From an uncultured Deinococcaceae bacterium (GTDB lineage: Bacteria; Deinococcota; Deinococci; Deinococcales; Deinococcaceae), in the NCBI GenBank assembly GCA_964252075.1, contig CAXULY010000034.1, forward strand, positions 1 to 61,113: a stretch of DNA of 61,113 bases, written 5' to 3'. Position 1 is the first letter of the stretch; each line of letters starts with the position of its first letter. This document shows positions 40,307-51,100 of this stretch, in pieces. The notes beneath the pieces are model-generated. The model was given only the letters and a program-made list of their open reading frames with translations. It searched no databases and was not told the origin of the DNA. Both the position numbers and the translations under genes were made by a program.

Positions 40307-43300
40307 TCACCCAGCCGAGAGAACGCCCAGGCGCCGCCAGGGTGTCGGCGTGACCGCCGGTCGCGTCATGACTGCGGGGGGGCCGAGGCGCGCATGACCT
40401 GCACGAACGCGCGCCAGTTGCGGGTCGAAGTGCGTGCCGGCACTGCGCTCAATCTCGGTGAGGGCCTCGTCCGCCGTCCACACCCGCTTGTACGGCCGTT
40501 CGCTCGTCAGGGCGTCGAAGGTGTCCACCAGCGCGAAGAGACGCGCGCCGAACGGAATCGCGTCGCCCTTCAGCGCCGACGGGTACCCGCTGCCGTCCCA
40601 GCGCTCATGGTGATGGCACACCACGTGCAGCGTCTCCTCCGGCAGCAGCGGCAGGCGGCACAGCACGTCGAAGCCCAGCTGGGGGTGCTGGCGCATCACC
40701 GCCCATTCCTCCTCACTCAGGGCCCCGGGCTTCAGCAGGATGCGGTCCGGAATGGCGACCTTGCCGGTGTCGTGCAGGTACGCGCCCCAGCGCAGGGCGT
40801 CCAGCGCCCCCTCTGGCAGGCCGAGCGCGCCCGCGAAGCGTTCCGTCAGCTGCGCGACGCGGTCCGTGTGCCCCGCCGTCTCCCCATCGCGGCACTCCAG
40901 GACGAGGCCGATGGCGCGCAGCGTCTCCTCGCGCGACGCGTGCAGTTGCGCGAGGTGGACGCTGCGTTCCAGCGCGACCGCCACCCGGTCCGCCACGGCG
41001 GACAGCAAGCGCGGCGTGTCCCCGCTGACCTGCGGGCAGTCCGACAGCAGCACGAACGTCCCCAGAACCGCGCCGTCCAGCACGATGGGCTGGAACGCCA
41101 CGGTGTGGTAGCGCAGGAGCAGCCGGGCGAGCGGTGCGGGCAGGTGGCGGTGCGTGAGCGGCCCCAGGTGGCCCTCGCGCGCCTCCAGGGTCGGGCGCAA
41201 CCGCTCCGTGAGCGTGTGCAGGTACTGCTGGAGGGACGCCGTGAGGGGCCCGTCCAGGCCCGCTTGGTGCAGGACCTCGACGGTGGGCCCGTCATGGCGC
41301 AGCACCACCCCCGCGTGGAAGCCCGTGAGGTTGAGGGTGCGCTCCAGCGCCTCGCGCGCCAGCGCGCGCGGGTCGAGCGGCCGTTCGAGCGCCTCGGTGA
41401 GGTCCAGCAGGTGACCGTACCGGTCCACCTGCGCCTTGAGGGCCGCTTCGGCGGCCTTGCGTTCGCTGATGTCGTGCGTGGACGAGTGGTACTCCAGCAC
41501 CTCGCCCGTTTCCGGGTGGCGCACGGCGCGGGCGGTGGTGTGCACCCACACGTCGTGCCCGTCCTGGTGCCGCAGGCGCACCTCCAGCTCCCCGCGCTCC
41601 CGCGCGCCCGTGAAGAGCGCCGTGCGGAACGCCTTGTAGCGCGCGCGGTCGTCCGGGTGCACGGCGCCCAGCCCCACCTCGACGGTCACGTCCTCCGGGC
41701 GGTACCCGAGGAGTTCCTGCACGGCCGGCGAGACATACGGGTCCCCGCCGTCGGCGGGCCAGCTCATGATCATGCTGCGGGAGTTCTCGGCCAGCAGCCG
41801 GAACTGCCGTTCGCTCGCCTCCAGCGCCCGCTGCGCGGCCAGGCGCTCCGTGACGTCCTCCATCACCGCGAGGCGCGCGGTGCGGCCCCTGAAGGTGAGG
41901 CGGTGGGCGCGGACGATCACGTCCAGGAGCCGCCCGCCCTTCGCGCGGTGCCGGGTCCGCAGGGTGATCTCTGGTTGCTCGGCGTGCGCGGCGAGGTGGG
42001 CGCACAGCGCCTCGCGGTCCTCCTCCTGGAGGTCCAGCAGGGTCATGCCGGGCAGGTCCTCGCGGGTGTGGCCGTAGGTACTGCAGGCGGCGCCGTTCAC
42101 CTCCAACACCTCGAGGGTGTGCTGGTCCAGCACGAAGATCGGCAGCGGGTTGTGGTCGAACAGGTGCTGGAAGGCGCGCTCGCGTTCCTGCAGCTGCGCG
42201 CGCAGCCCCTCGCGGTGCGTGATGTCATGGGCGTTCACCAGCACGCCGCCGACATCCGGGTCGTCCGTCAGGTCCACGCCGCTGGTGTCCAGCCACACCC
42301 AGGACCCGTCCTTGTGCTGGAAGCGGCAGGTGACGTGCGTGACGGCGAGCGGATCGCGGGGCCGCGTGAGGCCGCACAGCACGGCCGGCCGGTCCTCGGG
42401 GTGCACGAAGCGCAGGACGTTCTGCCCCTGCAGTTCCTCCGGCACGTACCCGACGAGGGGTTCGCTCGCCTCGGTGGTGTACAGCACCTGACCGGCGCGC
42501 GAGAGGACGCTCGTGAAGTCCGTACTGTGCTGGGTGAGTTTCCGGTGGCGCGCCACGCTGCGCTGCAGGTGATCCTGTAGCTGCTCGCGCGCGAGGGTCT
42601 GCGCGCACTGGTCGGCGAGGGCGCGCAGGAACACGCGCTCGCTGGAGCTGAACGCCTGATCCTCCTGGAAGCTCAGGGTGAGGGAACCCAGGGCGCGGCC
42701 GTCCACCAGGAGCGGCAGCGCCGCGACGGCCTGGTACGCCGAGCGCACCATGTGCGGGTACCCTGCGCGCCACGCGCTCGCGTCCAGGAAGACGTCCTGG
42801 CCCGTCCGGACGGCGTCCGTGGCGGGCGAGTTGCTGTGCAGGGGCACGCGCCGCCACTGCTGCAGCATGGACGCGTCGTACCCGGCGCTGCCCAGCAGGT
42901 CGAGGTGACGCGCGTCCGCGCCCAGACCGAACACCGACCCGGCGGCGGCGCCCATGACGCGCAGCGCCTCATCCAGGATGACCTGCACGACGCTGTGCGC
43001 GCCCCGCGCGGCGCTGAGCGCTCGGGTGACGTTCACGTGCGCGCGCGCGCGGGCCTCGCTGGCGTGGCGGCCCGTGACGTCCTGCACGGTGATCAGCAGG
43101 CCATCCACGCCGGGCACTTGCAGGAGGTTGGTGACTTCACCGTCCAGCCACCTCCAGGCACCGTCCGCGGCGCGCGCGCGAAACGCCGGGAGTGCCCGCG
43201 CCGCGCCGTGCGCGACGCGCTCGCACCGCCGCCGCAGGGCGGGCCGGTCCTGCGGGTGGATATGGGCCTCCAGGGGGCCGTCCGTGCCCAGCAGGGCGCG

Positions 43301-43429
43301 CAGGGCCGGAGAAACCGACCGCACCGCCCCGCGCGCGTCCAGGACCGCGGCGAGTTGCGTGCGGCTGGACCACAGGGCGTTCAGCAGGGCGTCAGGACGG
43401 ACGGAGGACGATGTGAACAGGTCGGGCAT
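40307..43429 (-). CDS. PAS-GAF-PAS-PAS-PAS-GAF-HD-GYP signalling protein
   Basis: HPQD/HPED/HPDD PAS motifs, GAF segments, LHDTGK, HHERWDGSGYP; start uncertain (43429 or 43450); last residues probably frameshifted. Confidence 0.88.
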   Translation of the reverse strand: MPDLFTSSSVRPDALLNALWSSRTQLAAVLDARGAVRSVSPALRALLGTDGPLEAHIHPQDRPALRRRCERVAHGAARALPAFRARAADGAWRWLDGEVTNLLQVPGVDGLLITVQDVTGRHASEARARAHVNVTRALSAARGAHSVVQVILDEALRVMGAAAGSVFGLGADARHLDLLGSAGYDASMLQQWRRVPLHSNSPATDAVRTGQDVFLDASAWRAGYPHMVRSAYQAVAALPLLVDGRALGSLTLSFQEDQAFSSSERVFLRALADQCAQTLAREQLQDHLQRSVARHRKLTQHSTDFTSVLSRAGQVLYTTEASEPLVGYVPEELQGQNVLRFVHPEDRPAVLCGLTRPRDPLAVTHVTCRFQHKDGSWVWLDTSGVDLTDDPDVGGVLVNAHDITHREGLRAQLQERERAFQHLFDHNPLPIFVLDQHTLEVLEVNGAACSTYGHTREDLPGMTLLDLQEEDREALCAHLAAHAEQPEITLRTRHRAKGGRLLDVIVRAHRLTFRGRTARLAVMEDVTERLAAQRALEASERQFRLLAENSRSMIMSWPADGGDPYVSPAVQELLGYRPEDVTVEVGLGAVHPDDRARYKAFRTALFTGARERGELEVRLRHQDGHDVWVHTTARAVRHPETGEVLEYHSSTHDISERKAAEAALKAQVDRYGHLLDLTEALERPLDPRALAREALERTLNLTGFHAGVVLRHDGPTVEVLHQAGLDGPLTASLQQYLHTLTERLRPTLEAREGHLGPLTHRHLPAPLARLLLRYHTVAFQPIVLDGAVLGTFVLLSDCPQVSGDTPRLLSAVADRVAVALERSVHLAQLHASREETLRAIGLVLECRDGETAGHTDRVAQLTERFAGALGLPEGALDALRWGAYLHDTGKVAIPDRILLKPGALSEEEWAVMRQHPQLGFDVLCRLPLLPEETLHVVCHHHERWDGSGYPSALKGDAIPFGARLFALVDTFDALTSERPYKRVWTADEALTEIERSAGTHFDPQLARVRAGHARLGPPAVMTRPAVTPTPWRRLGVLSAG

Positions 43430-44328
43430 GGCGGCGCGGGCTTCCTTCATTCCCACGATACCAGCGGCCCTCTTTCCAAACTCTTCCGCATTCGCCGAGC
43501 ACACAGGGACGAGCCAGGACCGGAGCGGCGCGTCACCCCCGGTGACCGTGCGAGCTGTCTGGCGGTTCGCTCGGCGGCGCCCTCCGATGGGGGACGCGCC
43601 AGAGACCAGCGCTCCATCCAGGCGCGTTTACGGCGTCGTGGCGATCAGCTCACCTGTAACCGGCGCGCAGGGGTTTCGGCTGGTTGCGGCGTGGCGTGAC
43701 TCCCACCTTCTGTACGTCCGCTGCAGGGCGTCATTGAGGCTCCCGATGGCACAGCCCTCCTCTGTTAGCACCGACGTCACGTCCACAGCGTCCCAGGTGA
43801 GCGCACGGTTCAGCCCATGGCACACGAGCGCACTGACCGCACCACTTTTACAGTGAAGGTCACCGGCCGCACCTTGGCCCGCCCTTCCTGCGTGGGCCTG
43901 GGAACATTTATCAGCTCCAGGACACCCGAGCCTCTCAGGTGTGTCTTGCATGGCAACCCGGGGCGCACGTCAGGGAACCGGGCAGGCAGAGGGACAGTCC
44001 GGAACGAGGTGAAGTCCGGGCAAACACACGGTGCCTCACACGGCCATAAGTGGAAAAGGCATGGGCCCATCGATGCAACACCTGAAGCGTCCACGCATGG
44101 ATTGCGCACCCGACTGTTTGGAGCCGCAGGTGGACATCCATCGTGTGGAAGTGGCGGCGTGGAGCCGGTGCGCTTCTATAAGGTGCTGGCCCAACCAAGT
44201 CCCCGAAAGACTGGGGAAGCCACATGGCAGTGCAGAGCTGAGAGAGGCGTCCACAGCGCCCCCGCCGCGGGTCCGCCCGCATGAACACGGTCGCGGGTTG
44301 AGGCGTCCGCTTGTGCGTTGGGGTGGGT

Positions 44329-45402
44329 TCACCCTGGCCGTTCGGCGAGGCGCACCCCAGCACTTCGCCAGGCGTCCGCGATGTCGCGCACGATCTCAGC
44401 GGCGGGAACGCACCGCATGCCTCCGGTGTTCTGTCCGCACCACAGCGGCGTGAAGTCGTCCCGCTGCTGGGCTTCCGCCGCCGCACGGAGCGGCGCCATC
44501 GCGGCCGTGGCGAGTGGGAACGCGGGCACCTGATCACGCATGGGGCCGAGCTCGCGGACCGCGCGGTTGACGATCCCCCGGGCCGGTCGGCCCGTGAACA
44601 CGTTCGTGAGGGCCGTGTGCCGCGCGGCGGGCGACTGCAGGACCGCGCGCTGCAGGGCGCTGGTGGTCGCTTCATCCGCGCAGAGAAACGCGGTGCCCAG
44701 CTGAACCGCGCTGGCCCCCAGCGCCCGGGCTGCCCTCACGGTGCGCGCGTCGGCGATGCCACCGGCCGCAATGACGGGCACCTTCACCGCCCGCACCACC
44801 TGCGGCAGCAGGGCGAACGTGCCGACCTGGGTGGTGACGTCGTCGCTCAGAAACATCCCGCGGTGCCCGCCCGCCTCCAGGCCCTGGGCGATGATGGCGT
44901 CCACGCCGCGCGCCTCCAACCACAGCGCTTCGTCAACGGTCGTGGCGGACGACATGATCAGGCTGCCCGTCGCCCTGACGCGCGCCAGCAGGTTGGGGTC
45001 CGGCAGGCCGAAATGGAAACTCACCACCTGCGGCCCGAACGCTTCGAGCACCGCCAGGGCGTCCAGGGAGAATGGCTGCCGACCTGGCCCGGCAGGTGGC
45101 GCTGCGGTGACGCCGAACTCCTGGCGGTACGACGCCAGCGTCGCGCGCCACGCCGCTTCACGCGCCGCATCCGGCTGGGGGGCCGCATGGCAGAAGAAGT
45201 TGACGTTCAGCGGTCCGGTGCTCACGGCGCGGAAGGCCCGGATCTGCTCCTCCAGGCCGCGCGGGTCGAGCGTCGCGGCGGGGAGCGACCCGAGCGCCCC
45301 CGCGGCACTCACCGCCGCGGCGAGGCGGTGGTCCTGCACGCCCGCCATTGGCGCCTGAATGACGGGCGCAACGAGGCCAAGAACGCCTTGCAGGTCAATC
45401 AT
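44329..45402 (-). CDS. nitronate monooxygenase family flavoprotein
   Basis: PVIQAPMAG, VSFHFG, QGLEAGGHRG, AAGGIAD, QLGTAFL, FTGRPARG. Confidence 0.92.
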   Translation of the reverse strand: MIDLQGVLGLVAPVIQAPMAGVQDHRLAAAVSAAGALGSLPAATLDPRGLEEQIRAFRAVSTGPLNVNFFCHAAPQPDAAREAAWRATLASYRQEFGVTAAPPAGPGRQPFSLDALAVLEAFGPQVVSFHFGLPDPNLLARVRATGSLIMSSATTVDEALWLEARGVDAIIAQGLEAGGHRGMFLSDDVTTQVGTFALLPQVVRAVKVPVIAAGGIADARTVRAARALGASAVQLGTAFLCADEATTSALQRAVLQSPAARHTALTNVFTGRPARGIVNRAVRELGPMRDQVPAFPLATAAMAPLRAAAEAQQRDDFTPLWCGQNTGGMRCVPAAEIVRDIADAWRSAGVRLAERPG

Positions 45403-45578
45403 CCGCGCGGGACCGGCGCACGCGCTGCGTGGGCACTGGGTGCGGTCGTCGCACCGGAGCGGCGTGACCCAGCGTGGCATGCCCGATGCAACCGCTCAAT
45501 GAACTGGCCGACCACCGGGCGCTCGAAGATGCCGCGGCGTTCAGGCATTCCTGGGTCTCCACGCCCGTCCCTGGTCCG

Positions 45579-46952
45579 TCAGCCCTGCGCCGGTGCGCGG
45601 ACGAGGGCCCGGATGAGGTCCACAAAGGCCTGCGCTTCCAGGCGCGCGTGCGCGAGCGCCCCCTCGCGCACCAGGGTCACCGCGTGGAGTTCGCCGTGCA
45701 GGACGCGGTGTCGGATCTCGTCCAGTTCGGCGGTGCTGAAGTGCTTGCGGTACATCAGGTTGAGGCGCTTGATGGCAAGGTCCGCCTGCGCTTCTGCGTC
45801 CAGGCCCGCGAAGTCGTGCGCGACGTCGTCTCCCGCTTCGGGCGGCGGGGTGACCGCGGCCACCGGCTTCCGCGCCTCCACAGGGAGGGCGGCAGGCCGG
45901 GCAGGCGCGCTGCGGTACTGTTCGGGGTTTTTGAGGAGGTGTACGAGTGCGGCCGCGCGGGTCTTCTTGATGGTGAGCTGCTGCGTGGTGAGGAGGTGCT
46001 CGAACAGCGCGACGTGCTGCATGATGAACGGGCCCCCGCGCGTGGCGGCCAGTGACCGCGCGACCCCCTCGCTGACGCCGTGGCGCCGCATGGCGTCCAG
46101 CACCGCCGGACTGACAGGCGCGAAATCCGGCATGAACTTGTACGTCAGCGTCTGTTTGCTGCCGCGGCCCTCAATATCGACGTCCAGCAGGTACCCGCGG
46201 CGGATCAGTTCCTCATGCAGGGGCTTCAGGGCGCGGCGCACCTGATCAGGGCGGCCACTCGGGATCTTGAGGTGGTCACTCCACTCGATGAGCCCAATGC
46301 GGTACTCGTTGACGGTGATCTCCGGCTGCTCCGGGTCGTACCGCATGGCGTCCAGAGCGCGGAACAGCACGCGGGTGCGGGGCCTGGACAGCGACCGCAT
46401 GAACGACAGGTTCAGCGCCTTGACGTACCCGGCCCGCATGGACAGCACCAGCGGCTCGCCCAGCTGAATGCGCAGCATGGTGCGCTCATCGAACTGCCCC
46501 TGGGCGGCGGTGCTGGTGTACTCCAGCGCGCTCACGATGCGGAAGCGGCGGTTCGTCCAGCGCCCGGCGGCGTGGTCGCGCCAGCCGCTGCTGACGTTGT
46601 AGTCGGTGTGGTAGAGCCGGTCGAGGCTTGTCCTCAGGAGCGTGACGTAGTGCCCGCCGCGGTGGAAGCCCGCGCGACGCCGCAACTCTGACGCAGGGAC
46701 TTCCAGCACCCCGTCCACGGGCATGCCCACCTCGACGAACAACTCCAGCAGGGCGGCGCTGATGTCGTTGTCCACCCCGTGTGGAATCTCCATGCCGGGG
46801 CCGGCGGTGCACGTGACGGTCATCACGCGCCCCTCGTGCTCGAAGCCTTCCGACCAGGTCGACTGGCCGTTCACCGCGTCCTGTGCGCTGATGAGGTTCA
46901 GTCGAGCGAGGTTCAACTCGTCATACCGGACTGTGCTGCTCGCGTCGCTCAC
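45579..46952 (-). CDS. plasmid replication initiator protein (Rep 1)
   Basis: DELNLARLNLIS...PHGVDND...SLDRL...Y....W.D...LSRPRTR.LFR.LDA.RY; adjacent iteron array; homologous to 51607..53097. Confidence 0.85.
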   Translation of the reverse strand: MSDASSTVRYDELNLARLNLISAQDAVNGQSTWSEGFEHEGRVMTVTCTAGPGMEIPHGVDNDISAALLELFVEVGMPVDGVLEVPASELRRRAGFHRGGHYVTLLRTSLDRLYHTDYNVSSGWRDHAAGRWTNRRFRIVSALEYTSTAAQGQFDERTMLRIQLGEPLVLSMRAGYVKALNLSFMRSLSRPRTRVLFRALDAMRYDPEQPEITVNEYRIGLIEWSDHLKIPSGRPDQVRRALKPLHEELIRRGYLLDVDIEGRGSKQTLTYKFMPDFAPVSPAVLDAMRRHGVSEGVARSLAATRGGPFIMQHVALFEHLLTTQQLTIKKTRAAALVHLLKNPEQYRSAPARPAALPVEARKPVAAVTPPPEAGDDVAHDFAGLDAEAQADLAIKRLNLMYRKHFSTAELDEIRHRVLHGELHAVTLVREGALAHARLEAQAFVDLIRALVRAPAQG

Positions 46953-46965
46953 CGCTCGCCCCCTG

Positions 46966-47030
46966 TGTTGTTGATCAATGTACCTTCCTGAAAGAAGATT
47001 TGAAAGAAAAAAATGAATGAAATCACCACC
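46966..47030. other. AT-rich putative DNA-unwinding element of ori 1
   Basis: TGTTGTTGATCAATG...GAAAGAAAAAAATGAATGAAATCACC between the rep 1 start and the iterons. Confidence 0.6.
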
Positions 47031-47077
47031 AAGCCCTCACAGAAAACCCCGCTCTGGACAATGTCGAATAGCTAAAC

Positions 47078-47858
47078 CCCGCAGCTCTGACGCAGGCAAC
47101 CCCGCAACTCTGACGCACGGCGTGCCACTCGAATCCCGCAACTCTGACGCAGGACGTCGATTTCACCCCGCAACTCTGACGCATGCGGTCCCGCAACTCT
47201 GACGCACTTGCCCTCGTGCGTCAGAGTTGCGTGAAAGTGGCGAACTCCGCAGCTCTGACGCAGCGTCACCTGTAGCAGACTCCGCAACTTTGACGCAGAC
47301 GTTTCTGGCAAATCCCGCAACTTTGACGCACGGTCGGACAGTGAATCCCGCCACTCTGACGCACGGGAGGTGGGTGTCTGGCTGCGCAGATTGCCCGCTC
47401 CATTCAGACCCGCGTCGCCGCGTGTGCATCAGCAAGAACCAGGTGATGCCGGACTCGCACTGAGCGCAGGTCTTATTCCAATCCCGCCACTCTGGCGCAG
47501 GGCCACGGATTGATTGGAGGTGGGCACAGATCAGCCCGTATGGCCGTGAACGGCACACCGAACACTGTTCGGGAATCTGGAAGTGCTACCCACCGCAACG
47601 GCTGCGCGCACTGCAGGTTCAGACATATGGCCATACCAGTGTCTGCAGAGCGGGCCGTCTGGAAGCGCGTTTCCACGCGCTGCGGTGCTGCTCGTCAACC
47701 CCGCAGGTCTGACGCAGCGCCAGAGGTCCATGTTGCCTTCGTGTTGGCCCCTTAGGCGTGAAAACCCCGCAACTCTGACGCAGAGAACCAGTGGAGACCG
47801 GCACACCGTTCGCCTTCCTTGGAATCGCGATCGCCTTAAATCCCGCAACTCTGACGCA
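47078..47858 (+). repeat. iteron array of ori 1 (about 14 x CCCGCAACTCTGACGCA)
   Basis: Copies at 47078, 47101, 47135, 47167, 47190, 47217 (inverted), 47246, 47281, 47314, 47347, 47483, 47700, 47766 and 47842; many spacings are about 23 or 33 bp. Confidence 0.9.
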
Positions 47859-48158
47859 GGGACCGCCCTCGTGATGCGCACGTTCTGCTGCCCGCCTGGC
47901 CTCTCCACTGGCCTGCGGCCCATCCGGAATGGCGCTCGAAGGTCGCTCCGCGTCCTGAATCGGAAAAATCCGAACGACGCCCAGGCGACCCAGGTGATGG
48001 GCCCCGGCAGTGCGCACTACAGACGGCCCGCTCAGGGTATGGATGCCGCCGGTCCACACGGCGCGCGCGCCGTCCACGCCAGTCGATCCCAACTCGACTG
48101 AATTTCCCACGATGCGGTCTGGCCTGGGCCCGCACGCTCCGCGTACAGTGAAGGGCAC

Positions 48159-51100
48159 ATGAACACGACTGCCTGGCAGTACCGCGTGCTCGGCCGGATC
48201 GAACTCCACAGCCCGGAGGGCGCCCCGGTGCGGCTGGAGCGCAAGGTGGCCGCCTGCCTCACGTACCTGGCGCTGGAAGGCCCCACGCACCGCGCGCGCC
48301 TGGTGGGCCTGCTGTGGCCAGACTCCCCCGAGGGCACGGCGCGCAACAACCTCTCGCAGATGCTGCGCAAATTGCGCCTCGCGGCGGGCACCGACCTGAT
48401 CGGCGGCAGCGATGTGCTGGCCCTGAGCTCCACCGTGACGGTGGACGCGCTGCAGGTGCGCGACGCGGCCACGCAGGGCGCCGTGACGGCCGTGCTCACG
48501 CACCCGGGTGAGCTGCTGCCGGGCCTCACGTACGACGACTGCCCGGACCTTGACGACTGGCTTACCGCGGAACGCGAGCGGCACCTCGAGGCGCGCGCGG
48601 GCGCCCTGCGCGCCGAGATCGCGCGCCTGGAGCGCGCCGGTGAGTACACCGAGGCGCTCGCGCACGCGCGCACGCTGCTGGACCAGGACCCCGTGTCCGA
48701 GGACGCGCACCGTCAGGTGATGCGCCTGCACTACCTGCGCGGGGACCGCCCCGCCGCACTGCGCGCGTACCATCACTGCCGGGAGGTGCTGCGCCGAACG
48801 TTCGACGTGGACCCCCTCCCCGAGACCGTGCAGCTCGCGCGCGACATCGACCGGGGTCAGGGGCCGGCGGTGGCCGCGCCGAAAGTTGCGTCGCTGCCGC
48901 TCTCGGTGCTGCGGCCCCCCACCCTGGTGGGCCGCGAGCGCGAGTGGGCCGCGATGGAGCGGGCATGGGCGGCGGGGCAGGTGATCGTGCTGCGCGGCGA
49001 GCCCGGCGCGGGCAAGACGCGCCTCGCGGTGGATTTCGCGGCGAGCCGGGGCGCGTTCGTGGTGCATCCCGGGCGGCCCGGGGACGCCAGCCAGCCGTTC
49101 GCGTCCACCGCCCGGCACGCCCGCACCGCGCGCGCGCGCCGCCCGGACGCGCCCCTGCCCGACTGGGTGCGGCGGGAGGTGTCCCGCATCGTGCCGGAAC
49201 TCGCGCAGACCGGCGAGGTGGCCCTCCCCATGACGGACGAAGCGGACCTGCTGCGCTACCGCGAAGCGTCACGCGCGTACTACGCGGCGCTGTACGACGA
49301 CCTCGCCTGCGTCGTCGCGGACGACTGGCAGTGCTACGACGCGAGTTCCATTCAGGACAGCACGTACGTGTTCGCGTCGAGCTTCCCGCTGGGGGCACCG
49401 GGCGACCTGCCGCGCGTGATCATCACCTACCGGCGCGGCGAGCTGAGCGCCGGGCACGAGGCGCTGCTGGCGCAGTTTACGGCGCAGGGCCACGCGGTCC
49501 TCCTGGACGTGGAGCCCCTGCCGGGCGCTGACCTCGCCCTCCTCATGGACGACCTGGGCGTCCCTGAGGACACGGCCGGGCGGGCACGTCTGGCCGCCGC
49601 GACGGGCGGCAACCCGCTGTTCGTGCTGGAGACCGTGAAGCACCTGATGGAGATCGGGCGGTTCGCGGGCGGCCTGCCCGAGCCGCTGCCCCTGCCCGGC
49701 AAGGTGGGGCAGCTGATCGAGCGGCGCCTCTCGCTGCTCACGCCCGCCGCGCTGCAGGCCGCGCGCGCCGCCGCCATCTTGCAACGGGACTTCGATGTGG
49801 AACTCGTCGCGGCCGTGCTGCACGCGCCGCTCTTCGACGCGGTGCGCGCCTGGGAGGAACTGGAGGCCGCGCAGATCGTGCGCGGCGAGCGCTTCAGCCA
49901 CGACCTGCTGTACGACACCATCCGCAGCGGCATTCCCAGCTCGGTGCGCGCCATGCTGCACCGCAACGCCGCCCGCGCGCTCGAAGCGGCAGGCGCCGAA
50001 CCGGCGCGCGTCGCGCGGCACTGGCTGGACGGCGGGCGGCCCGCGCAGGCTGCGCCCCTGCTGCGCGTGGCGGCGGATGAGGTGCGCGCCCGTTACGGCC
50101 TCGCGGAATCCGCCGCGCTCCTTGAGGGGGCCGCGGCGGCGTTCGCGGCGTCCGACGACCCGGACGCCGCCTTTGAGGCGTTGCAGGCGCGCGCCGAGAC
50201 GCTCGGGCACCTTGACGACCGCGCCGCGCGCGAGGCGGCGCTGCGCGAGGCGTTCCACGCGGCCAGCACGCCCCTGCAGCGCGCCCGCGTGTGGCAGCTC
50301 CAGGCGGACCTGCACCTCGCGTACCACGAGGGGGAGGCCAGTGAGGCGGCGGCGCGCGAGGGCCTCGCGCTGCTCGCGCACGACCCCCTGCCGGGCGCCG
50401 CGCTGCTGGAGCAGCGCGCGAACCTGGAGGCCTGCGTGGGTGCGGCGCTTTGGGTGCAGGGCCGCATGCCGGAAGCGGCCGAGGCGCTCAGGCGCGTGGT
50501 GGGAACACAGGAGGCGCTGGGGGAGTCGCTGGACCTTGCCGCGAACCTCAGCAACCTCGGCGTGATCCTCGACCACCTGGACCAGCACCGCGAGGCCACC
50601 GTCGTCCACCGCCGCGCGTGCCTCCTCATGGAGCGCCAGGGGGACTGGGCGAACCTGAACGCCGCGCTCTCCAACTTGGCGGTCAGCCTGCTGGACCAGG
50701 GCGCGGCGCGCGCCGCGCTGGAGGCGGCGCTGCGCGCGCAGGCGCTCGAGGAGCGCGTGGGGGACCGGCACGCCGGCGCGATGCTGGTGCACGGGAACCT
50801 CGGGCAGATCCACCACGCGCTCGGCCGGTACGACCTCGCGCTGCACCATTACCGGCAGGCCACGCGGCAGGCGCGCGAGGGCACCTGGCACGCCGGGTTC
50901 ATGCAGGCGCTCACCGCGCAGACGCTGCTCGTGCTCGGCGACTTCACGGGCGCTGCGGAGCACCTCGCGCTCGCGCTTGCGCAGACCGGCATGCCCGGAG
51001 CGTACCGTGCGCGGGCGCTCCTCACGGGCGCCAGCCTCGCCCAGCTGCGCGGCGAGGACCCGCAGCCGCTGCTGAGCGCCGCGCAGGACGCTCAGGGGAC

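Noticed and set aside
43500..44320. Several 100-300 aa ORFs in the intergenic stretch
   Set aside because: No motifs or codon bias; treated as regulatory or degenerate DNA.
47078..47858. Repeat array read as CRISPR
   Set aside because: Repeats are only 17 bp, spacing is irregular, one copy is inverted, no cas genes are present, and the array abuts a rep gene: these are iterons.
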